Shown here piece by piece: positions 55,604 to 64,000 of a DNA stretch of 64,000 bases. This stretch comes from an uncultured virus (IMG/VR IMGVR_UViG_3300001477_000100) (lineage: Duplodnaviria; Heunggongvirae; Uroviricota; Caudoviricetes), in IMG/VR virus record IMGVR_UViG_3300001477_000100; one strand, given 5' to 3'. The notes beneath the pieces were generated by a model. That model did not search any database. It had not been told where the DNA came from and saw only the letters and a list, made by a program, of their open reading frames with translations. Position 1 is the stretch's first letter, and each line of letters begins with the position of its first letter. The position numbers and the translations under genes were made by a program.

Positions 55604-55945
55604 ATGGAACAAGAAGAAAATAAAAATTTATTGTTTAAAGACCTATCTGCAAGGTTGCCTTATGGAGTAAAAATTAATGTAGATGGAGAAGAGGATACTT
55701 TGCTCGAATTGGGAGTTGATACTGGCTGGGTAAATGCTTCTTATGATATTGAAGAAGTCCGTCCATATCTCCGTCCAATGTCTTCTATGACTGAGGAAGA
55801 AGATGAAGAATATGAGTCTATAAAATGTTGGAAAAATGAATGGGAGTTAGTCGATTGGCTCAATGCCCATCATTTTGATTTTCGCAATTTCATTGAGAAA
55901 GGGCTCGCCCTTGAAGCACCAGAAGGAATGTATAATATAAAGTAG
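55604..55945 (+). CDS. ARLPYG/PYLRPMSSM family protein, copy 1
   Basis: KDLSARLPYGVK..PYLRPMSSMTEEE..LEAPEGMY. Confidence 0.8.
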   Translation: MEQEENKNLLFKDLSARLPYGVKINVDGEEDTLLELGVDTGWVNASYDIEEVRPYLRPMSSMTEEEDEEYESIKCWKNEWELVDWLNAHHFDFRNFIEKGLALEAPEGMYNIK

Positions 55946-56087
55946 AAATAGCTATGGGAGGTTTAGTATTAGTTATTCTAGGTCTAATCATAACCGTAAC
56001 TTTGGGGTTATGGATGATGTATCTCGATAGATTTTTTGAAAAAGAACACACACCAAATGACTGGTATGAAATTTAACTTAAATAACT

Positions 56088-56441
56088 ATGGTAACGATTA
56101 AGAAAGAAGAATGCCCAATAAAAGATAATGGATTTGAATATGGGGGCAATCATTATGATTGTCAATTAGCAATTGAGCGTGACATAAAAATGATTCTGCA
56201 AGAAGCCGAAACATTCCATGAAGATACTTTTGACAGGCTTTATGATAGAAACACATTAAGACCCGATAAAATTCATTTATTTGTAGATGAAGATAATGTT
56301 CCTATTTACGGAATGATTATATATCTTATAGATTACAAAGAGGAATATAATAGTAGGTATGCTTGTGGTGGATACTATAGATTTGAATTTGATAATTCAA
56401 CGCTTTTACCACATCCGTATCAAGAAAGTATCTGTTGGTAA
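56088..56441 (+). CDS. Hypothetical protein
   Basis: 117 aa. Confidence 0.7.
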   Translation: MVTIKKEECPIKDNGFEYGGNHYDCQLAIERDIKMILQEAETFHEDTFDRLYDRNTLRPDKIHLFVDEDNVPIYGMIIYLIDYKEEYNSRYACGGYYRFEFDNSTLLPHPYQESICW

Positions 56442-56473
56442 TAAAAAGCAAGAACAATAAATATACTGTGATT

Positions 56474-56623
56474 ATGGGATATTTTGTATGTCAACATTGT
56501 GGTGCTCATTTGCACAATAGCAAAGTAGAAGATTTAAATCAATGGGAAGACGAAGAATCTATTGGATGGTCTTATGTTTGCCCAAGGTGTAAGGAAGAAA
56601 ATTATAAAGAAATAAAGTTTTGA
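56474..56623 (+). CDS. Small Zn-ribbon protein
   Basis: CQHC..CPRC. Confidence 0.65.
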   Translation: MGYFVCQHCGAHLHNSKVEDLNQWEDEESIGWSYVCPRCKEENYKEIKF

Positions 56624-56626
56624 ATT

Positions 56627-58399
56627 ATGACTACAGAAGAAAAAGCCAAAGCCTATGACGAGGATGAGAGGATGAGAAAAATTATATCTGATATTTTACT
56701 TACAGATAGTGATGAAATAAGAGAAATTCTTGACGCTAATAATGTTTTAATGCAAGATATTGATACTTGGCTTGAAAAGCAAGGTGAGAAGAATCTTGCT
56801 ACAGATTTCTCCGACCTCAGAACTTGGAAATACATTGTTGACGCAGTTTGGACTGAAAAAGAAGGCATGGGACAGTATATTGATAGTCCATTTACAGAAG
56901 AAATTGCTAAGAAGTTACAGAAAAGATTTGGTAATATTGAGCAGAAGTCTGTTGAGAAGGTTGAACCGAAGTTTCACGAAGGTGAGTGGGTTGTTAATAG
57001 ATTTGGTGATGCTTGGCATATAGATAGTTTTGACGGTAAGAACTATCAAGCATCTAATTTTGTCATTAAATATAAGCATTGCTATTTTCCAATCGAAAAA
57101 CAGAATGAAATGCATCTTTGGACTGTTGAAGATGCAAGGGCAGGCGATGTGCTTGTAGATGAAGATAATAACATAGGTATCCATAAAGAAATAGAAGGTC
57201 TTTATTGGAATTCTTATATCTATCTTGGATGTGATGGCAAACTTCGAGGTTTTAGTATTGGTGGTAGCCATAAACAAGCTAATACTCGTCCAGCCACCAA
57301 AGAACAGCGTGATACTCTGATGGAAGCAATGGCTGATGCAGGTTACACCTTTGATTTCGAGAAGAAAGAGTTGAAGAAGGTTGAACCAAAATTCCATAAA
57401 GGTGAATGGATTGTGTTAGAAAAAAAACCATGTCAAATTATAAGCATAGACGATAAAGGGAATTATATAGTACAGTATTGTGATGATGAAAAGACGCATG
57501 AACTATCAAAGAAATTTTGTGAGTCCTATTTTCATCTTTGGACCATCCAAGATGCGAAGGATGGTGATATACTTAGCACAGAAAAAGGTAGACCGTTTAT
57601 TTTCAGAGGACTGACAGATAAAGATAACCCAGACAGTCCAGTTGCATATTGTGGCATTGATAGTATTGACGATTTTTATGATTGTAGTAAGTATAATGAT
57701 AGTGGGTGGACATATGAAAAAGTCTTTCCTGCTACAATAGAACAGCATGGTCTCTTGTTTCAAAAGATGAAAGAAGCTGGATATGAGTGGGACGCTGAAA
57801 AGAAAGAGTTGAAGAAGATTGAGCAGAAATCTGCTTGGAGTGAAGAGGATGAAAAGATGATATGGGCAATTCCTTTAATAATTAAAAGTTATCCTAATCA
57901 AGAAATGTTTTATGGATATAGTAAAGAAAAACTTATATCTTGGTTCAAATCCCTTAAAGACAGAGTACAACCAAAACAAGAGTGGGTTGAAGAGGATAAG
58001 AAAATGATAAATAAAATTTGCCAGAATTTATATGATTATCCTCGTATTAAATCTCCATTTGATGATGAATCATTCAATGAAGCACAAAAAGAAGTACAAT
58101 TTATTAAATCACTCCGACCTCAGAACAATATTACTGATGAAGAGCTTGCTCAAGCAAAGAAAGATGCTTATAATGATGCCCTTGATAAAATTGAATATCA
58201 TAGTGGTGAGCCTACATTTGATGATGGCTGGCATGCTGCAATTGATTGTATTCTAAAGAATTCCATCATACCTCATACCACTTGGAAGCCAACTGAAGCG
58301 CAACTCACACAACTTGGGGCAGCAGTTTCAAAAGGTAGAGCTGGATATTTTAATAATGATGTACTTAGAGAACTCTATGAACAACTTAAACAACTTTGA
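56627..58399 (+). CDS. Large modular repeat protein
   Basis: Two EPKFH.GEW..HLWT..DA..GD..PAT.EQ..GY..D.EKKELKK units plus WSEEDE modules. Confidence 0.85.
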   Translation: MTTEEKAKAYDEDERMRKIISDILLTDSDEIREILDANNVLMQDIDTWLEKQGEKNLATDFSDLRTWKYIVDAVWTEKEGMGQYIDSPFTEEIAKKLQKRFGNIEQKSVEKVEPKFHEGEWVVNRFGDAWHIDSFDGKNYQASNFVIKYKHCYFPIEKQNEMHLWTVEDARAGDVLVDEDNNIGIHKEIEGLYWNSYIYLGCDGKLRGFSIGGSHKQANTRPATKEQRDTLMEAMADAGYTFDFEKKELKKVEPKFHKGEWIVLEKKPCQIISIDDKGNYIVQYCDDEKTHELSKKFCESYFHLWTIQDAKDGDILSTEKGRPFIFRGLTDKDNPDSPVAYCGIDSIDDFYDCSKYNDSGWTYEKVFPATIEQHGLLFQKMKEAGYEWDAEKKELKKIEQKSAWSEEDEKMIWAIPLIIKSYPNQEMFYGYSKEKLISWFKSLKDRVQPKQEWVEEDKKMINKICQNLYDYPRIKSPFDDESFNEAQKEVQFIKSLRPQNNITDEELAQAKKDAYNDALDKIEYHSGEPTFDDGWHAAIDCILKNSIIPHTTWKPTEAQLTQLGAAVSKGRAGYFNNDVLRELYEQLKQL

Positions 58400-58516
58400 A
58401 TTATGCCTATAGCAAGATGTGGAATAGAATTCTCTTGGGATTGCCTAATTGATTGTAAAAGCGACAACCCAAAATGTATTGGTTGTCCTATTAGAAAGAA
58501 ATCTAAAGATTGAATT

Positions 58517-58912
58517 ATGACACAAAAAGATAAAGAATTACTATTAAAAGACCTTTGTGCAAGGATTCCTTATGGTGTTAAAGTGTGCGCTGGAGAAGAT
58601 TTAGCTATGACGCTTAAGCAAATAGATTATAAATGTTTTTGCGAATCTTGGGAAAATGAAGATTTTAAATGTCATTCAAGGTGGATGTTCCCATACCTCC
58701 GTCCAATGTCAAGTATGACTGAGGAAGAAAAAGAAGAATATATTAATATTAAACAAGGAGAATGCAATGGCTGTGTTCTTACAGGAAAAGGTGACCCGAA
58801 TACAGAATTTTTATTAGTAGATTTTTTCAATGCTCATCATTTTGATTACCGTGGTCTAATTGAGAAGGGTCTTGCACTTGAAGCACCTGAAGGAATGTAT
58901 AATATAAAATAA
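58517..58912 (+). CDS. ARLPYG/PYLRPMSSM family protein, copy 2
   Basis: Same conserved blocks as copy 1. Confidence 0.8.
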   Translation: MTQKDKELLLKDLCARIPYGVKVCAGEDLAMTLKQIDYKCFCESWENEDFKCHSRWMFPYLRPMSSMTEEEKEEYINIKQGECNGCVLTGKGDPNTEFLLVDFFNAHHFDYRGLIEKGLALEAPEGMYNIK

Positions 58913-58920
58913 GTAAAACT

Positions 58921-59337
58921 ATGACACAAGAAGAGAAAGAACTATTACTTAAAGAGCTTTGTGCAAGATTGCCTTATGGAGTAATATGTCAATTCATTTG
59001 GTCTTATAGTAATGAAACTACGGATGAAGAAGTTGTAACTGATAAAGATGATGATAACATAAAATGTATTAACATTCATACCAAAGAGATTCAAGCTGAT
59101 TACTATGATGAATGGGTTGATTTAGAACACTGTAAACCATACCTTCGTCCAATGTCAAGTATGACTGAGGAAGAGAAACGTACATACACTTCGCTAAGAG
59201 CACATGCCGCTCCTTTTACTATTGTCAATTGGCTTGACGAAAACCATTTTGACCATAGAACAAATATGGAAGGAGAATATCTGATAGAATTGGGTCTTGC
59301 TATTGAAGCACCAGAAGGAATGTATGATAACCATTAA
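58921..59337 (+). CDS. ARLPYG/PYLRPMSSM family protein, copy 3
   Basis: Same conserved blocks as copy 1. Confidence 0.8.
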   Translation: MTQEEKELLLKELCARLPYGVICQFIWSYSNETTDEEVVTDKDDDNIKCINIHTKEIQADYYDEWVDLEHCKPYLRPMSSMTEEEKRTYTSLRAHAAPFTIVNWLDENHFDHRTNMEGEYLIELGLAIEAPEGMYDNH

Positions 59338-59473
59338 ATACCGTAAGGATTCAGATTATATTAAATACCAAAAGTAGCATGAATAAAATATAAAAAATAT
59401 CATGGTTGACTTTGCGTAGATTGGAATTATGTTTTAAAAAATGAGGTTGAACAATAATATTAAATAAAACATT

Positions 59474-60544
59474 ATGACAATTACAGATTTTTTCTTAAAA
59501 CAAACGACAAAAGAAATCAAAAATAAATTCAAGGAAATTAATCTTGATAAGTATTATGACTTTCCAGAAAATATTAAGGAACTATGCAAAACTTTTAGAC
59601 TTGAAAATGATAAATTCTGTGACAACTGCTATACAATTAAAAGACATAGCACAGCAGAAGTCTATATGTACTTTAATCTACCAAATCCACTTGATGAAAA
59701 ACACCCAATGTATTTCAAGGTGGAATATTATGTTACATCCGCAAAAGGAGGATGCTCAATCTCATTGGGATTAGAAAACCATATTGAACTATTTGAAAAG
59801 GTTTCAACAATCTTTGACAATAGAATAGAATATAATAATATCGAATTCAGACTTTGGAAACAAAACCTTCCAGAAATCTTCGATGAAAAAAAAGATGAGT
59901 GGGATGATAACAAGAAATACTATTGCCTTAAAAAAGGATTAACCCCTTGGGATTACTACCAAGCACTGTGCAAACACGCAGAAGAGGTTAAATCACTAAT
60001 AGACATGTTCGTTACAGCCGCTGAAAACGGAGAATTCGAAAGAACATGGAATGAACTCAAGCCACACGATAAATGGGAAAGAGGGCACGAAACATTCCAT
60101 GCAATGTACTTCCCTCCAGTAATGTATGCCTACTATAGAGCAGTAAAAGCTGGAGCAACACCAAACCTCAAAGACTTTGTAATACTTTTATCGTACTCAG
60201 ATAAACTTGGGAAAAATAAAATGCCTGATGCTGAAAAGATACAAGAAGCATTCGATAAAATATTAGGATATAATACAACTGATGATGAGGTAATGCAAGG
60301 CTTTAACTACGTCATTAACCACTTTAAAGAAAAACACCTTATTGACGATAGTCTTAATAAATGGTGCGAACTATACGTTGAGGCAAATAAAGAACTCTTG
60401 AAGGAAGTAAATAGCATAAAACAAAAACTCTCAAAGAAATATAATATCAATGAGAATTGGTTAAGATGCGTCTGCCTATACAGAAACGAAAAAGATGTTA
60501 AATGGGATAGTGACTATATACCAGATAACGCTTACGCAAAATGA
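59474..60544 (+). CDS. Hypothetical protein with atypical (A/C-rich) composition
   Basis: 356-aa ORF. Confidence 0.8.
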   Translation: MTITDFFLKQTTKEIKNKFKEINLDKYYDFPENIKELCKTFRLENDKFCDNCYTIKRHSTAEVYMYFNLPNPLDEKHPMYFKVEYYVTSAKGGCSISLGLENHIELFEKVSTIFDNRIEYNNIEFRLWKQNLPEIFDEKKDEWDDNKKYYCLKKGLTPWDYYQALCKHAEEVKSLIDMFVTAAENGEFERTWNELKPHDKWERGHETFHAMYFPPVMYAYYRAVKAGATPNLKDFVILLSYSDKLGKNKMPDAEKIQEAFDKILGYNTTDDEVMQGFNYVINHFKEKHLIDDSLNKWCELYVEANKELLKEVNSIKQKLSKKYNINENWLRCVCLYRNEKDVKWDSDYIPDNAYAK

Positions 60545-60644
60545 CATACATGTGGTTCACAGCAACAATACTAGAACTTGTTACTTTCGTGATTTTCTTA
60601 ATAAAGTGGTATCAGCTTAGATGAATGTATAAAATCGATTGATT

Positions 60645-60947
60645 ATGATAGAAGAAACATACGTTAGTTTTGAAACCGCAAAACTGTTGAAAATTTAATA
60701 TATGATAGTTAAAGAATATAAAGATAAAAACATTAGAAAAATTTACTCAAAAAATGATTTGAATATTTTCGAAAAATGTCCATTTAGCAAGTGGCATCCA
60801 GATTTAAGGAGCTATAACTGTCTTATATGTAATAAAAGAATTAGAATAGATTTTATTGAAGATAATAAAATATGTGTACTTACTTGTAAAATTCACGATT
60901 AGAAAGTTGAAGCATCATTAGAATATTCACTTAAAAACTTGATTTAA
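60645..60947 (+). pseudogene. Split remnants of a YVSFETAKLLK-family gene flanking ORF 60702-60902
   Basis: MIEETYVSFETAKLLKI* at 60645-60698 and VEASLEYSLKNLI* at 60906-60947. Confidence 0.5.
60702..60902 (+). CDS. Small Cys-containing protein
   Basis: CPF..CLIC..C. Confidence 0.6.
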   Translation: MIVKEYKDKNIRKIYSKNDLNIFEKCPFSKWHPDLRSYNCLICNKRIRIDFIEDNKICVLTCKIHD

Positions 60948-61109
60948 ATGGAATCTTGTATTATGTAATCCTTAGTCCAAAAAAAGGTCATGTCTATGAC
61001 AATGGGTTGGTATTGTGTGAGGGTTGCAATAAAGTATTAGTTAAGAAAGGAGTAAAATACTGTAGCAAATGCAGAAGAATTTACCGACAAAAATAAAATT
61101 GATTTGATT

Positions 61110-61367
61110 ATGGAAGCACCAGAGAAGATTTATATCCACCCTGATATAGGTGGTAGAGAGTTTTTGCGTCCTTGGTTACATAGACCAGCAAGCAATGAGA
61201 GTGTTGAGTATGTACGCACCGATGTCTTTATTAAGAGGGCTTGTGAATTTCTTGATGGATGCATTCCTGATTATATAGATTTGGAACACGCTAATGTTGA
61301 TACATTTATGAATGTTGATAACAAAAGATTTATTGAGGATTTCAAAAAGTATGTGAAAGGAGAATAA
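61110..61367 (+). CDS. Hypothetical phage protein
   Basis: APEKIYI..VEYVRTD.FI..ACEFL..FIEDFKKY. Confidence 0.75.
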   Translation: MEAPEKIYIHPDIGGREFLRPWLHRPASNESVEYVRTDVFIKRACEFLDGCIPDYIDLEHANVDTFMNVDNKRFIEDFKKYVKGE

Positions 61368-61411
61368 TGTATCAGTTGACTGAATTTAAAAAACTTAATA
61401 AAAGGCGATAA

Positions 61412-61753
61412 ATGAAAATCATACCGTATACAATGTCATTGATGTTCGATGAATGCAACATAAGGTATTTTGGTAATTCACTTCCAAGACCAATGTTCGG
61501 ATTCACTAATGAGAAGAATTGCTATGCAAGATTTTGTCATTATCCATCAGCAGGAATATATGCAATAGATTTCTCTGAGGCGAATTTAAAAGACTGTGAA
61601 TTGGATGAGGAACTATTCAAAACCTGTATGATTCACGAAATGATTCATTTATATTTGAAATATAACCATATTAAAGATGATGCCCAACACGGCACGCAAT
61701 TTAAACAAATGGTCGATAAATTAAATAAAATGTATAACTTAAAAATATTTTAA
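61412..61753 (+). CDS. SprT-like zinc metalloprotease
   Basis: N.RYF..SLP, HEMIH, HGTQF. Confidence 0.85.
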   Translation: MKIIPYTMSLMFDECNIRYFGNSLPRPMFGFTNEKNCYARFCHYPSAGIYAIDFSEANLKDCELDEELFKTCMIHEMIHLYLKYNHIKDDAQHGTQFKQMVDKLNKMYNLKIF

Positions 61754-62001
61754 ATAATATGTCAGGAATATATGATACACTTGGACTATGCTCGGAAAGA
61801 ACAAACCCAGAAACAGGTGAAAAGGAATGGTTCTATAGTGGAGGATGGCATAACCAAAAATGGATGGATAACTACGGGCTAGGATGTATATTAGATGCAG
61901 ATTGGGGACTAGGTGATGAATATGATTAAAATGGGTATGATAATAAATTTGTGCCATCTTCTATATTATTTTCAATATAAAGCACAGAAAGGATAGAATA
62001 T

Positions 62002-62196
62002 ATGAGTATGGTAGCAAGATTATTTAAAGGAGCTATGGACGATGAATGGCAATGTTGGTGTCCTGCTTGTGGTGAGAGTGTCTATGTAGATTTAAAGAAT
62101 GATTTTTATCAGACAATGGATAATGGAGATAGGGAATATTATGTACGCTGCCCCGAATGTGGACAAGCGTTTTACACAGCAGAATCTTATGATTAA
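62002..62196 (+). CDS. Small Zn-ribbon protein
   Basis: CPACG..CPECG. Confidence 0.75.
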   Translation: MSMVARLFKGAMDDEWQCWCPACGESVYVDLKNDFYQTMDNGDREYYVRCPECGQAFYTAESYD

Positions 62197-62216
62197 AGTG
62201 CAGAAAGGAGAATAAT

Positions 62217-62486
62217 ATGAGTAAAGCAGAAGATTTAGCAAAAATGTTATATCCAGATTGGAAGGCAACTGGTGTTCCTACTGTTGATGGTTTGGAAAAT
62301 TCAGAGGCTAGAATCCAAAGAGTAGCTTATACTAAAGGCTACCGCCAAGCGGAGAAAGATATGTTATATGAATACGGATGGCTTGTGCCAAAAGTAAAAA
62401 TGTTAAAACTTAAATATTGCCACAACAGAGAGGCTGTAAAAGCAATAGAAGAAGCATGCGACATATTAAACGAATTTAAACAATAG
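62217..62486 (+). CDS. Hypothetical protein
   Basis: KGYRQAEKD. Confidence 0.7.
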   Translation: MSKAEDLAKMLYPDWKATGVPTVDGLENSEARIQRVAYTKGYRQAEKDMLYEYGWLVPKVKMLKLKYCHNREAVKAIEEACDILNEFKQ

Positions 62487-62501
62487 TTAAAAAAAATAGT
62501 T

Positions 62502-62954
62502 ATGGCACAATACATAGACAAAGACGCTGTAGTAGCGGAGATAGAGAGATTAAAAAAATCACATGATAATTGGTCTTATATGGGAAAACGCTTCCATCAA
62601 GATTATGAGACCCTTTTATCTTTCATCGACACCCTTGAAGTGAAAGAATCATCGCTTGAGAAAAAAGCAAAAGCCTATGACAAGGCTATTGAACTTGCAA
62701 AAACATATTTAAGCATTACTGACTCAGTTTCCGATGCTGAATTAATAGAACTTATATTTCCAGAACTCAAAGAAAAAGAGGATGAAATTAAACAAAATGG
62801 ATATATAGAACTTACAGATTTTGAATCTGCATTATTCACCGCATTTAGTGACGCTTGGCAACAATATTTAAGAGGAGAAGAAGTAAATGTCGCACAGTGG
62901 GCTAAAGAACATTCTGCTGAACTATTAGAAGCGGCAAAATCAAAAGTGGAATGA
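62502..62954 (+). CDS. Mosaic protein (MAQYI plus KAKAYD..FPELKE modules)
   Basis: Modules shared with 36688 and 54105. Confidence 0.75.
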   Translation: MAQYIDKDAVVAEIERLKKSHDNWSYMGKRFHQDYETLLSFIDTLEVKESSLEKKAKAYDKAIELAKTYLSITDSVSDAELIELIFPELKEKEDEIKQNGYIELTDFESALFTAFSDAWQQYLRGEEVNVAQWAKEHSAELLEAAKSKVE

Positions 62955-62991
62955 AGAAAAAAGTTAAATAACTATAAAATACCTAAGAGTT

Positions 62992-63023
62992 TTTGCTTTT
63001 GGGTATTTTTTTTTATACATTTG
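62992..63023 (+). promoter_or_regulatory. Promoter overlapping terminator hairpin, ATG 4 nt downstream
   Basis: TTTG-N20-TACATTTG; aaaatacctaagag/cttttgggtatttt. Confidence 0.8.
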
Positions 63024-63027
63024 CATT

Positions 63028-63381
63028 ATGGATAGAAATATATCGGAAGTATTGAAGAATCTCAAATCTGCCATAGATGACAGTGCTGAGAACATAACGA
63101 AAATCACAAGTGGCAACGTATCCCATGAAGTGGCTAACATACGCTCAGTCGTGCTAAACCTAACTGACGCATATATTAGCCCTAACTTGGATAAGATTGA
63201 TGATATAGACCTCAAGAATCTGTTGGAGAAGACTCGTAGGAATCTATTTGCCATTAACAATACATTAGAAATGCTGAACCCAACCAACGTTAGCGAGGGT
63301 GGGAACAAACAACTCCATGATTGGCTTAAATTCTACTCAGATGCCCTAATACCATATATCAAGAAATATGCCAAAATATAA
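63028..63381 (+). CDS. Hypothetical protein
   Basis: 117 aa; KITSGNVSH. Confidence 0.7.
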   Translation: MDRNISEVLKNLKSAIDDSAENITKITSGNVSHEVANIRSVVLNLTDAYISPNLDKIDDIDLKNLLEKTRRNLFAINNTLEMLNPTNVSEGGNKQLHDWLKFYSDALIPYIKKYAKI

Positions 63382-63598
63382 ATTCAGCACAATCGGAGCA
63401 AATGAAAACGGAAATAAAATATTCTGTAAACTCACTCTAGATAAACATAATCTGTTGAAAGGATATTATGATTTTGATAAAGAGAAATTCATTGTCATCA
63501 AATACCTATATCATAATTTCCCACAAGGAGTCACAAAGAATAAAATTAAAAAAGCATTGAAAGAAATACTATTACTTGATTATGACTGGAATATATAA
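63368..63598 (+). CDS. Hypothetical protein
   Basis: 76 aa. Confidence 0.6.
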   Translation: MPKYKFSTIGANENGNKIFCKLTLDKHNLLKGYYDFDKEKFIVIKYLYHNFPQGVTKNKIKKALKEILLLDYDWNI

Positions 63599-63911
63599 CA
63601 TCAGAGGTTTTTATGATGGAGAAAAAAACCCGTCATTAAAACGTGTCAAAAATTTAGTTCCACGAATAGTAACATATGACGATACTTATGCCCTTTGTTT
63701 GATAGAAAAATACAACCACATTGAATATCATGATTCATACTATTGTTTTTTATCAAAATATGGGGTAACTGATAAAGATAAATGGTGCTATGGTGACACT
63801 ATTAAAAAACCGTCTTTGGAAGACTATTTCAAAATATCATACAGATTGAAAGAATTGGGTCTTATATTTAATCTAAAAAAAATAATATATGATAGCAACA
63901 GAAATAAATGA
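63582..63911 (+). CDS. Hypothetical protein (KP..DY..L..G..FN tail family)
   Basis: KKPSLEDYFKISYRLKELGLIFNLK. Confidence 0.7.
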   Translation: MTGIYNIRGFYDGEKNPSLKRVKNLVPRIVTYDDTYALCLIEKYNHIEYHDSYYCFLSKYGVTDKDKWCYGDTIKKPSLEDYFKISYRLKELGLIFNLKKIIYDSNRNK

Positions 63912-64000
63912 ATTCTTCAGATACCTTAATGAATTATTGGACAAATTCGTGACTGGTATTGAGGTTAAACCGATAAGGATAAAAAAAGATATGTATATCA
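63889..64000 (+). CDS. Partial ORF running off the window
   Basis: MIATEINEFFRYLNELL.. Confidence 0.5.
   Translation, partial: MIATEINEFFRYLNELLDKFVTGIEVKPIRIKKDMYI

Noticed and set aside
62484..62504. TAG read-through fusing 62217 and 62502
   Set aside because: In-frame spacing arises by chance one time in three, and 62502 has its own A-rich start and a family-typical MAQYI N-terminus
1..64000. TAG-to-Gln recoding (Lak/crAss-style code 15)
   Set aside because: All recognisable enzymes are full length in the standard code, and the TAGs I checked act as stops, usually with another stop shortly after. Recoding outside this window cannot be excluded.
1..64000. CRISPR array, DGR, integron, IS element or rRNA
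   Set aside because: No regularly spaced repeats, reverse transcriptase, integrase, transposase or rRNA-like sequence seen; the repeats are coding duplications or promoters

Overview
AT-rich, gene-dense segment of a large (jumbo-type) bacteriophage genome with an inferred Bacteroidota, probably Prevotella-like, host. The host inference rests on about 25 copies of the Bacteroidetes sigma-A promoter (TTTG-N19-20-TAnnTTTG), A-rich translation starts without Shine-Dalgarno sequences, and Prevotella-type lipoproteins. Nearly all genes are on the + strand and read intact in the standard code. No capsid, terminase or replicative polymerase gene is recognisable, so this is an early/accessory region. 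Recognisable functions: (1) deamidating NAD+ salvage genes pncA, pncB and nadD, plus ADP-ribose-handling enzymes (NADAR, TIGR02452 macrodomain/PARG-like, Nudix); (2) tRNA/RNA repair and maturation (Rnl2-type RNA ligase, CCA-adding/HD enzyme, metallophosphoesterase, YqeY); (3) DHFR; (4) several peptidases and an Hsp20-like protein; (5) a 5'-truncated homing-type endonuclease. There are three plausible tRNAs (Arg-CCT and Met-CAT with long variable arms, Cys-GCA), three aberrant tRNA-like elements and two candidate structured ncRNAs. The last ~12 kb is an array of small, modular, paralogous genes showing duplication, module shuffling and decay. All family assignments come from motif recognition by eye, not from database searches.
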